Source of the DNA: a virus
Virus record (IMG/VR): IMGVR_UViG_3300025151_000016
Strand: one strand, 5' to 3'
DNA: 64,000 nucleotides
Every line of letters starts with the position of its first letter. The first letter of the stretch is position 1. Both the position numbers and the translations under genes were made by a program. Positions 56,566 to 64,000 of this stretch are shown here, one piece after another. The notes beneath the pieces were generated by a model, which was not told the DNA's origin, searched no databases, and worked only from the letters and a program-made list of their open reading frames with translations.

Positions 56566-57008
56566 TCGCCTTGTTCAAACTGCCTCCAACGAATCATATT
56601 GGAAATAGTTTGATGTCTCCATTTTAAGTTATCAATTATATCGGTAAGACTATCTATAACTGTCTTCCAATATTCTATTTTTTCTTCGGACTGCTGGATC
56701 TCAGGATCCGAGTCATAGTAATAATCCATCTCGCCTTTGAGGATACGCAATCCATTGAAAGGATCAGGATCCCAACCTTTTTCGGCTAATTCATCTTGAT
56801 CCATTTTACCATTATAGTAAAGCCATTTTTCTTTAAGCAAATTTTTCTGCGTAAACTCTGCTTTCTTCTTCATAAGCTTGGCCTCGGCCAGTAGCTGAAG
56901 ATATTTAGCATGTAATTTTGGAGTGTCTCTAGAAGTAGCATCTAGTTTGCTGTTATCAATAATGCAATCCTCTTGCCACATAGCAAGAATCGTTTTCAAG
57001 TCAATCAT
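56562..57008 (-). CDS. uvsY: Recombination mediator
   Basis: D..ID...L....P.LH.KY, KWLYY.GK, I.WR.F. Confidence 0.93.
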   Translation of the reverse strand: MIDLKTILAMWQEDCIIDNSKLDATSRDTPKLHAKYLQLLAEAKLMKKKAEFTQKNLLKEKWLYYNGKMDQDELAEKGWDPDPFNGLRILKGEMDYYYDSDPEIQQSEEKIEYWKTVIDSLTDIIDNLKWRHQTISNMIRWRQFEQGD

Positions 57009-57024
57009 AATGTTCCTATTTCAG

Positions 57025-57570
57025 TTAAGAAATTTCAAAGTAAGAGAATCTAAAATTAGCAGGGTACGTAAGAAAAGATTCAGTTGTAGTCGATTCAAAT
57101 GTTATGTTACCAAGACCAGTTGGTATACAATCTTTGTATTTAATTTTTCGTGTGGTATTATTGTGGCTAGATAAAATAGACACAGTAATATCAGCATTGG
57201 TTGGTGGTATCTGCTCAGATCTATTTAGTGGCGATTTATAATCCTGTTGAACGATACGAGTAATCCAGTTGTACATTTCAATGTATGAGTTCATATTCTC
57301 ATCAAGAATAATCATTGCAGATAGTTCGCCAAACCGAAGTGTATCTCCAGCAAAAGGTACATTGGCCACACGTAGATGTGGAAGTTCTGCTGCCGTAAGA
57401 GATGTGTCTGGATGTAGCACAGATTGAGCAAAGAACTCTAGGTTAGGAAAGTTCTTTCGATCAATTGAAAGTTTAAACGCGTTTGGCTGTAGATAGTTAA
57501 TATTATTGAGCTGGCTTTGTGAGCTCGTAGTACTAACTGCTACAGTTACTGCTGGATTTAATGTAGGCAT
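57025..57570 (-). CDS. gp3: Tail completion / sheath stabiliser (gp3-like)
   Basis: N.L.P..F, DENM..Y.E.YNW, F.FSYF; position after gp23. Confidence 0.8.
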   Translation of the reverse strand: MPTLNPAVTVAVSTTSSQSQLNNINYLQPNAFKLSIDRKNFPNLEFFAQSVLHPDTSLTAAELPHLRVANVPFAGDTLRFGELSAMIILDENMNSYIEMYNWITRIVQQDYKSPLNRSEQIPPTNADITVSILSSHNNTTRKIKYKDCIPTGLGNITFESTTTESFLTYPANFRFSYFEIS

Positions 57571-57595
57571 ATTCTTTTTCCGTTCTGCTTACATC

Positions 57596-57603
57596 TATTT
57601 ATA
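57596..57603 (-). promoter_or_regulatory. T4 late promoter
   Basis: TATAAATA. Confidence 0.75.
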
Positions 57604-57607
57604 TAAG

Positions 57608-57632
57608 AAAAAAGGCTGCTTTTCAGCAGCCT
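57608..57632 (-). terminator. Rho-independent terminator
   Basis: AGGCTGCT-GAAA-AGCAGCCT-TTTTT. Confidence 0.8.
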
Positions 57633-57838
57633 ACCTCTTTCATGTAAAACCCAGGCGTGCATTTTCTAGGTATCATTTCCCATAAGGCCGATATTGTAAA
57701 GTGACCTTCTTTCTCTGGGCAAGCTTTGAGTGACCATTGTCTAGCTTTTTCGTACACGTCTTCTTTTGTTGCGCCGTGCAAAGTTGTTTCGCACCAGCCA
57801 TAATCATTGCGCCAAAATGTGAATGCCATTTTATACAT
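57623..57838 (-). CDS. Hypothetical protein
   Basis: 71-aa ORF coupled to upstream gene. Confidence 0.6.
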   Translation of the reverse strand: MYKMAFTFWRNDYGWCETTLHGATKEDVYEKARQWSLKACPEKEGHFTISALWEMIPRKCTPGFYMKEVGC

Positions 57839-58089
57839 TAAGCTACCTCGTAACCAAAGTTTTCTACTAAAAAGTCATTACCGTATTCTTCAGCAATCGC
57901 CATGCAGATTTGCTCACGTGGTTCAGTATCCATTTCGTCTACTAATGCTGAAGCCATTTTAAACTGCTTCATTCCAAGGTGAAAATGTACTGCTAAGAAA
58001 GATTTACAATCGCTCATATACAGATCTTTAAGATCTTTGTTTGTTTGTGCGTAGCTGAATGTTTGATCTATTAGAGTTTTTACTGACAT
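57838..58089 (-). CDS. Hypothetical early protein
   Basis: RBS and early promoter upstream. Confidence 0.65.
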   Translation of the reverse strand: MSVKTLIDQTFSYAQTNKDLKDLYMSDCKSFLAVHFHLGMKQFKMASALVDEMDTEPREQICMAIAEEYGNDFLVENFGYEVA

Positions 58090-58116
58090 TTGGTTTTTCC
58101 TTTATCTGATATATCT

Positions 58117-58145
58117 AGTCTACCATAGTTTCTCGGGAATGTACA
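58117..58145 (-). promoter_or_regulatory. Sigma70-type early promoter
   Basis: TGTACA-N17-TAGACT with TG extension. Confidence 0.65.
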
Positions 58146-58153
58146 CCTTTTTG

Positions 58154-58242
58154 TTTCGTTTAAAAACAACTACTTACGCTTTTTTTTCATAAGTAGTTGA
58201 AAACAAACAAAACTTTCTTTTCGTTTAAAAACAACTACTTAC
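58154..58242. repeat. 24-bp direct repeat with internal inverted partial copy
   Basis: TTTCGTTTAAAAACAACTACTTAC at 58154-58177 and 58219-58242; TAAGTAGTTG at 58190-58199. Confidence 0.9.
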
Positions 58243-58246
58243 AAAA

Positions 58247-58273
58247 TAAAAAAAGGGCCGCCGAAGCGACCCT
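58247..58273 (-). terminator. gp23 terminator with CUUCGG tetraloop
   Basis: AGGGTCGC-TTCG-GCGGCCCT followed by T-run. Confidence 0.9.
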
Positions 58274-58301
58274 AGTAGTATCGAGCTAGTGATACTTAAT
58301 C

Positions 58302-59621
58302 TTATGCCATGATGTTGTCAACACGGAAGATTCTGTAGTACTGGTTTGTTTTCGCTGTTGCAAGACCATTAGCTGGTGCTGAACCTACGAATGGGTTTGA
58401 CGCCATGCCGTAACGAGTTTTAAAACCAATTTTTGGCTGGAAGTCATTCTCACCAACCGCACGTACCATTGTTAACGGTACATATGGACAGTAGAAAACA
58501 CCTGCGTCATATGGGTTAGTACCCTTATAACCTACAGTTACATAATCGGTTGTTGAATACGGGTCAATATAGACTCGTGTTTTACCGTTCATAACACCTG
58601 CAAATGTATTACCTGTGTCATCAACATTCAAGTTAGTTGAAAGTGCCGGAGCATAATCCAAAGAACCTGCAGCTGCTAGAGCAGAAGCAACGTCTGAAGA
58701 ACAGATAATGAAGTTACCTTTTCCTCTACGTGTTTCTTTTGCAATCACGTTTGAATCTCTTTCGATTTGTACGTGTAAGCCTTTGAATTTTTCAACTGAC
58801 CAACGACCGTCAGCATCTGTTGACATGTCAAAGATACCGTTGATTGCTGTTGAGGATTGACCTGCACCAGTTTTAGCTTGTGAGTTGATTGTTCGGATTA
58901 CTTCACGGTTAATTTCCGCTAAGATCTCTGTTGACAGAATGTTTGCCAATTCTGTCTCAGCATCAAGACCATGAATTGCTTTCAAGTCTTGTGCTAGTTC
59001 TAGAGAGTATTCCGCTTTCAACGCACGTGACTTCGCAGTCACAGTTGATTTTTCGATGGTGAAGCCCATGTTACGGAATGCACCTGAAAGTTCAGATCTA
59101 CCGGTGTCTATACCGTCGCCGAATGTAAGGCTTCGTTCTGAGTCAAGTGATGAGTCACCGGCAACGTTACCAGCTGCTGGATCGATTCCGTCAAGACCTG
59201 ATGGTGATGAGGAATGAGTATCTGAAGAGTCACCAGCGAATGTAGTGTCTGCTTCGTTGAATAGAGCTTCGGTTGCACCAGTTGTACCACTTGTGTAGCG
59301 AGCTTTCATCGCGAAGATCAGGCCTGTTGGACCAGTCATCGGCTGAACGCCTGCAACGTCATAAGCGATCATGTTAGGTGCTGCACGACGTACTAATGAA
59401 ATCAATACTGGATCCCAGTTTGATACAGATGCATTAGATACAGAAGTTGCAGGTGCTTCTGACAAGAAGCTCATCTGTGCGCGCTCTTCTTGAAGAGCTT
59501 TTTCTGTGTTCTCTAAGAGAACAGCTGTTACTGCTTTACGGTGGTTGTCAGCGATAGTACCGGCAGATTCTTCTGCTAATACTGGATTCCACTTTTCCAC
59601 CAAACGATCATAAGTTTCCAT
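58302..59621 (-). CDS. gp23: Major capsid protein
   Basis: VQPMTGPTGLIFA, KSRALKAEYSLELAQDLKAIHGLDAE, FYCPYVPL, FQPKIGFKTRYG. Confidence 0.98.
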   Translation of the reverse strand: METYDRLVEKWNPVLAEESAGTIADNHRKAVTAVLLENTEKALQEERAQMSFLSEAPATSVSNASVSNWDPVLISLVRRAAPNMIAYDVAGVQPMTGPTGLIFAMKARYTSGTTGATEALFNEADTTFAGDSSDTHSSSPSGLDGIDPAAGNVAGDSSLDSERSLTFGDGIDTGRSELSGAFRNMGFTIEKSTVTAKSRALKAEYSLELAQDLKAIHGLDAETELANILSTEILAEINREVIRTINSQAKTGAGQSSTAINGIFDMSTDADGRWSVEKFKGLHVQIERDSNVIAKETRRGKGNFIICSSDVASALAAAGSLDYAPALSTNLNVDDTGNTFAGVMNGKTRVYIDPYSTTDYVTVGYKGTNPYDAGVFYCPYVPLTMVRAVGENDFQPKIGFKTRYGMASNPFVGSAPANGLATAKTNQYYRIFRVDNIMA

Positions 59622-59633
59622 TTCTAGAACTCC

Positions 59634-60686
59634 TTAAGGATTTGATTTTCTAATTGCGTTAAGGTACTGAGACATTACATCGCTAACTTCTACAGAAGGT
59701 GTATCTTCATCTGTAGTGTCTTCTACGATTGCGGACTCAGCGGTTTTCTTTGCAAAATATGTTTCTTTGATAGTAGCAACTTTTTGTGTAAAAGTTTCTT
59801 CATCTTCAAAGTCAATTTCTTCTGCTAGAGTTTTTAGCTTCTCGACTTGAGTTTCTGCTAGATCTTTAGATGCTTCACGGATGATAGCATCACGCTTAAG
59901 ATCTTCTAGTTCTTCAGCAAGTGCGATAGACTTAGTCATTGCATCGTTGTAGCTTTCTTCAAGCTCTTCGTTTGCACTGGCTAGTTCGTCGACGAGGTCA
60001 ACTTTGGACTCAGGTACTTCTACGTAAGACTCTACGAATAGATCTTTCATCTTGTTCATAAATGTCTCAGCGATTTCAGTACGCAAACCTGTTTGTACAG
60101 CAAGTTTGTTTTCTTCCATCCATGTCTCAACCACATAGTTGAGGTAGCTATCAACCTTCTCTACCATCTGTTCTTTTGTAGAAGCAAGTTCTGTTTCCAG
60201 TTCTTCTTTATACGCTTCTTCCAAACGATCGATTTCTTGAGAAAGTTTTGCCTTTACCGCAGCTTCAAAAATTACAGCTGTTTTGGCTTTGAACTCTTCG
60301 GAAAGAGTTGCCTCAGATTCGACTAATGCATTTAGGTCATCAGAGAAATCAACTTTAATGTCGAGTTCTTGATCTTCAATAATTGTATCTTCGATATCAT
60401 CGGCAGATACGTCTTCACCCATCATTTTACCATATGCAGCCATTAGCTGGTCTTTTTTCATACCAGTCATCATGCCGTGCATAGCATTGATCATGCCAGC
60501 TTTTGTCTTTGGCATTGGTTCGCTGTTTTTCTTATCACCTTTGCGAGCCGGAGCTTGCGAGGTGTTATCCCCAGCTTTATCTACAGAAGCGACAGATTGT
60601 GCCTCTGCATTTTTAGGATCGTGAGCTTCTTCCACAACGTCGTTGTCATCGAGCTCAACTTCCTGGTCTTCTACTTGATCAGTCAT
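59634..60686 (-). CDS. gp22: Prohead core scaffold protein
   Basis: LSEEFK.K...IFEAAV, VDSYLNYVVE.W..EN; synteny. Confidence 0.93.
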   Translation of the reverse strand: MTDQVEDQEVELDDNDVVEEAHDPKNAEAQSVASVDKAGDNTSQAPARKGDKKNSEPMPKTKAGMINAMHGMMTGMKKDQLMAAYGKMMGEDVSADDIEDTIIEDQELDIKVDFSDDLNALVESEATLSEEFKAKTAVIFEAAVKAKLSQEIDRLEEAYKEELETELASTKEQMVEKVDSYLNYVVETWMEENKLAVQTGLRTEIAETFMNKMKDLFVESYVEVPESKVDLVDELASANEELEESYNDAMTKSIALAEELEDLKRDAIIREASKDLAETQVEKLKTLAEEIDFEDEETFTQKVATIKETYFAKKTAESAIVEDTTDEDTPSVEVSDVMSQYLNAIRKSNP

Positions 60687-60696
60687 GTTTGACTCC

Positions 60697-61356
60697 TTAT
60701 GTTTTACTTTTCAGCAACGAGAGGAAATTCTTAAACTCACGAGTCTGAACCTCATAGAGATCCTTTCGTGGAGCCTTTTTAATTTCAGTCTCCATTTTTT
60801 CAATTTCTCGAGCTTCAATAACGCCGTTATTCCAGATCCACTCAACACCTTCCATTATTCCATTAACAAAAGCAGTTGGTGCTGATGGGTCTTGTACGAT
60901 ATCAACCGTATTAAGAATAAAGTCGTCCTTGACGACCATTGCGCCGTTTCTTTGCTCGAGGCTACCCATACCACGAGTTGAAACACCCAGTTTGACTCCG
61001 CCATCAAGCAGACCCTTAACGATCTGTCCATTTGGAGTATCCAAAATGCGTGCTTTACCCACAACATCGTCTTTTTGCCAATCAAGGGCTTCGATGAGGT
61101 GGGATACTTTGTCTAAGTTTACAGTCGGTCCATCAGGGTGGTTTAACTCTCCAACTGCACGCTTAGTGCTAACTTGTTCTTTAACGTATTTGTCAACAGC
61201 CTTTTCCATAATAGGCTTAGGATAAACTCTGCCATTACGGTTTTTCTTCTCGGCCTGCATGAACACGCCTTCGATGAAATAATCTTTACTACCATTTTCT
61301 TTTGCTTCAGTAATGATTTCAACATCGTTGTCGCTATATTCAGCAATTAATTTCAT
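60697..61356 (-). CDS. gp21: Prohead protease
   Basis: NRNGRVY, GELNHP, GVSTRGMGS, DIV.DPSAP.A. Confidence 0.97.
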   Translation of the reverse strand: MKLIAEYSDNDVEIITEAKENGSKDYFIEGVFMQAEKKNRNGRVYPKPIMEKAVDKYVKEQVSTKRAVGELNHPDGPTVNLDKVSHLIEALDWQKDDVVGKARILDTPNGQIVKGLLDGGVKLGVSTRGMGSLEQRNGAMVVKDDFILNTVDIVQDPSAPTAFVNGIMEGVEWIWNNGVIEAREIEKMETEIKKAPRKDLYEVQTREFKNFLSLLKSKT

Positions 61357-61360
61357 AGTC

Positions 61361-61576
61361 TTAACCTTTATATTGTTTTATAAACTCTTTACCCATCTTC
61401 TCGGCTTCAGCCGCGGTGCGATAAGAGTCTAGTTTTTCATTATCAATATAGGTAATGAATCGTCCTTTGTCCTTGTGAATCATGAGACGATTCTTCCCAA
61501 CCTTCATGTCTTTAACATGCTGACCGGGAGGCATTTTACCACGAGTTTTTTCTCTCAGCTGTTTAAACGTTTTCAT
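61361..61576 (-). CDS. Prohead core protein (gp68 position)
   Basis: MKTFKQLRE N-terminus; lies between the gp67-like gene and gp21. Confidence 0.6.
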   Translation of the reverse strand: MKTFKQLREKTRGKMPPGQHVKDMKVGKNRLMIHKDKGRFITYIDNEKLDSYRTAAEAEKMGKEFIKQYKG

Positions 61577-61596
61577 TTTAAACCTTGTTTAACTAT

Positions 61597-61604
61597 TATT
61601 TATA
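61597..61604 (-). promoter_or_regulatory. T4 late promoter
   Basis: TATAAATA. Confidence 0.75.
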
Positions 61605-61626
61605 CTAATTAAAATTTGTAATAAAA

Positions 61627-61884
61627 TTATTCTTCATCTTCTGTTTCTTCCTCAGATGATTCTTCCTCAGATGATTCTTCCTCTTCTGTTTCTTCAACTT
61701 CTTCATCATCTAGATCTAGTTCTAATTGTTCTTCTTCTTCGCCATTAAAAATGTGTCCGGCCACTTTAACCTTTTCAGCTTCTAATGCATCATTTACTTT
61801 TGATTGAAGTATAGTGTGGAAGTGTGGTTCCGCTTTAGCAAAGTTTTGTCTAGTTATATCGTCAATTAAATCTTCAATACTCAT
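61627..61884 (-). CDS. gp67: Prohead core protein (gp67-like)
   Basis: Short ORF with highly acidic tail right after the portal gene. Confidence 0.75.
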   Translation of the reverse strand: MSIEDLIDDITRQNFAKAEPHFHTILQSKVNDALEAEKVKVAGHIFNGEEEEQLELDLDDEEVEETEEEESSEEESSEEETEDEE

Positions 61885-63392
61885 TGTTCATCTCCAGTTG
61901 GTTCATCGTCTGTTGGACCTTCATCATCCATTTGTTTACCTAAGTTTTCAATTTCTTCATCAGTGAACTGAAGCACGTTTTTCATTACCCATTCTTTTGA
62001 ATAGTATTCGCCAACGTACTGCTGCATCTGATCAAGTGTTTGAATTCTTTCTCTCAATATTTCTGCGTCTCTGAGTTCTGTAAAATGATTATCGCGTGTA
62101 TGTTCTACTATAATGCTGTTTTTCCAGCTGTCCCAGTCTTCTTCAGTAATAATACTTTTTAAGATCAATTGCTTTTTTAATATGCCATAGAACAGCATAT
62201 TAAATCGCGATCTCAATCTATCTATAAACTTCTGAAACTTTAATTCATCACGGTTAATCTCAGTAGATCTACCAAGTGAGAACTGTGATTCTTGCTCAAG
62301 CCTGTTTATAGGTACGTTAAGCGATCTGTAGAGACGTTTCTGGAAGTATATGATATCGTCGATCTGTCCCAGGTTTTCACCGCCTGGTAAGGTAGAGATC
62401 TCAGTTCCTCGACCACCTTCTCGTCTTGGAAGCCAAAAATCTTCAAGCATCGACATACTTTTTCTATCATCTCTTATTGCCCCTGTGCTAGCATCATATA
62501 CCAGTTTATTACGATACTTCGCCATAATATTTTTCATATATTCTTCGGCCTTACCTCTTGGTAAGTTACCAACATCAATATAGAATATTCTACGTTCAGG
62601 AGCTCGAGCTAGTCTGTATATAACCAGCGAGTCTTCCATCATGCGTAATTGGTTAATAGGTTTTAGTGCCTTATGTAAATGAGACACAACCTTACGACGT
62701 TCTTCGTCAAGTAAACCGGATGTAACATAACTTACAGAATCAGGACTCATCTTGATTCCTTGTTTAGTTGTTCCTGGTTTGTCCTGATAGATAAAAAACT
62801 CGTTTACATTTTCAATAATAGAAGCACCACTAATTGGATCTCTTTTCTTCTTAACTTCTTTTACTTTACGAATCTTTGCTGCGTCTATAGGACGTATTTC
62901 TTGAATACCAAGCTTAGGATTCTTTTCGTCTACAACTAAGTGATGATACATTCTACCATCGACGTACCAACGCTTGTATATGTCATGCCCTAAGGTATTA
63001 AACTCAAGCATTGAATATACTTGATCAAATTCTTCTTGAATTTGTTTCTTTATATTATCTGGTGCTTCAACATTATCAAGCACAAGCGATACAGATTTTT
63101 CTGTATCTGAAGATGTAACTGATTCGTTTACAATATCTTCTACAGCAGCATCAACCTCTGGATGGGTTGCTACTTGTCTATATTGTCGAATAAGTTGAAA
63201 GTCGTCTTTGGATTTTTTATCGTCATCACCAATGTTTACGTAGGTACCATAATGTGCACCAGCAGCAGTTACATAACCTGCTCCATCCTCATCTACAGGA
63301 GGTACGATTGACGGCAGCATATCCTTTCCGCTAGATGCTTTCGCTCTACGGATTTCAAATCCAAATAATTTAAGTCCGCTATTATCTGCCAT
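61881..63392 (-). CDS. gp20: Portal protein
   Basis: WYVDGR, LRMMEDSLVIYRLARAPERRIFYIDVGNLP, EDFWLPRREGGRGTEI. Confidence 0.98.
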   Translation of the reverse strand: MADNSGLKLFGFEIRRAKASSGKDMLPSIVPPVDEDGAGYVTAAGAHYGTYVNIGDDDKKSKDDFQLIRQYRQVATHPEVDAAVEDIVNESVTSSDTEKSVSLVLDNVEAPDNIKKQIQEEFDQVYSMLEFNTLGHDIYKRWYVDGRMYHHLVVDEKNPKLGIQEIRPIDAAKIRKVKEVKKKRDPISGASIIENVNEFFIYQDKPGTTKQGIKMSPDSVSYVTSGLLDEERRKVVSHLHKALKPINQLRMMEDSLVIYRLARAPERRIFYIDVGNLPRGKAEEYMKNIMAKYRNKLVYDASTGAIRDDRKSMSMLEDFWLPRREGGRGTEISTLPGGENLGQIDDIIYFQKRLYRSLNVPINRLEQESQFSLGRSTEINRDELKFQKFIDRLRSRFNMLFYGILKKQLILKSIITEEDWDSWKNSIIVEHTRDNHFTELRDAEILRERIQTLDQMQQYVGEYYSKEWVMKNVLQFTDEEIENLGKQMDDEGPTDDEPTGDEQ

Positions 63393-63411
63393 TTTAATTC
63401 CTTTTAACAGT

Positions 63412-63441
63412 AAAGAAAGGGCAGAAAAGCTCTGCCCTTCC
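63412..63441 (-). terminator. Terminator after the tail tube gene
   Basis: AAGGGCAGA-loop-TCTGCCCTT-TCTTT. Confidence 0.7.
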
Positions 63442-63455
63442 CTCTATTTATTCAC

Positions 63456-63983
63456 TTACGTAGTGGTATTAGATTCCCAGTACTGGACTTGGAATTCCAC
63501 CGTGAATCTCTCGATTTCGTTTTCTGAAGCATAGTTCAGATCGATTGGAGAGACCGCAGTTGGAAAACAACCACGGAAGTTATAAGTCTTCAGAGTAGAT
63601 CCGTCTTTGTCGATTTGATCAACAATAAGATCTGCCTCGTAATCTGTGACGTTGGTTAGACCAGTGTTTTGCTGGTGGCCGTTCATGCCATTCATCCAAC
63701 GCTCCATTGAATCACGAATTCTGAAGTCTGTGTCGTTTATAATAGTCGGCGTCCATACATCGAATACACGATCGCCGGCCATTTTTAATTGTCTACCTCG
63801 GAAAGGTACGATAATAGTACCGATAGTAGAACCTGGAAGCTGAGCTGCCTCGCAAAGGAATGAAGTAATTTCTACATCACCGTTTGCGTAAGTAGGAAAA
63901 TTGATAGTAGCTTTAAACAGATTAGGTCTAGCGCCACCACCTCTCAGCTTGGATTTGAAGTCATCAACTCCTAAAATAGCCAT
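63456..63983 (-). CDS. gp19: Tail tube protein
   Basis: GGARPNLF, PFRGR.LK.AGDR.F..W, E.W.N, FP......L, F.V.F...YW. Confidence 0.95.
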   Translation of the reverse strand: MAILGVDDFKSKLRGGGARPNLFKATINFPTYANGDVEITSFLCEAAQLPGSTIGTIIVPFRGRQLKMAGDRVFDVWTPTIINDTDFRIRDSMERWMNGMNGHQQNTGLTNVTDYEADLIVDQIDKDGSTLKTYNFRGCFPTAVSPIDLNYASENEIERFTVEFQVQYWESNTTT

Positions 63984-64000
63984 TTGTTATCTCCTCTGAC

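Noticed and set aside
58154-58242. Possible mini-CRISPR array
   Set aside because: Only two repeats, the spacer is itself a related promoter-upstream motif, and no cas genes are present

Overview
A 64-kb segment of a T4-like (Tevenvirinae/Kyanoviridae-type gene order) myovirus genome, AT-rich, with almost all genes on the minus strand. Right to left it carries the head/tail genes gp19-gp20-gp67-gp68-gp21-gp22-gp23-gp3, then uvsY-uvsW, gp55-47-46-45-44-62-regA, hsp20, gp43, uvsX, gp41, thyX, a class II-type RNR and rnh. Several markers point to a marine alphaproteobacterial host, possibly Rhodobacteraceae (inference): a permuted two-piece tmRNA with tag ANDNFAPSGFALAA, DUF1127, pseudoazurin and a ROSE-like thermometer. 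Highlights: (1) a permuted tmRNA gene whose 223-nt intervening segment holds a complete 63-aa protein gene with its own RBS; (2) a cytosine-hypermodification locus (gp42-like dCMP hydroxymethylase, T4 alpha-glucosyltransferase homolog, UDP-uronate epimerase, atypical C5-methyltransferase, UDG-like protein); (3) a sugar operon between gp43 and uvsX (KdsA, PEP carboxykinase, KdsB, cupin, HAD, cytidylyltransferase, UDP-glucose dehydrogenase), which together with (2) suggests DNA decorated with an acidic sugar (uronate and/or Kdo); (4) an array of genes with T4 internal-protein-like capsid-targeting N-termini, including an HxGH nucleotidyltransferase and a KxDG ligase-like protein; (5) a duplicated antisense promoter plus hairpin element; (6) auxiliary metabolic genes (GAPDH, PckA, Na/Pi cotransporter, pseudoazurin). 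All protein calls come from motif recognition and synteny; no database searches were run.
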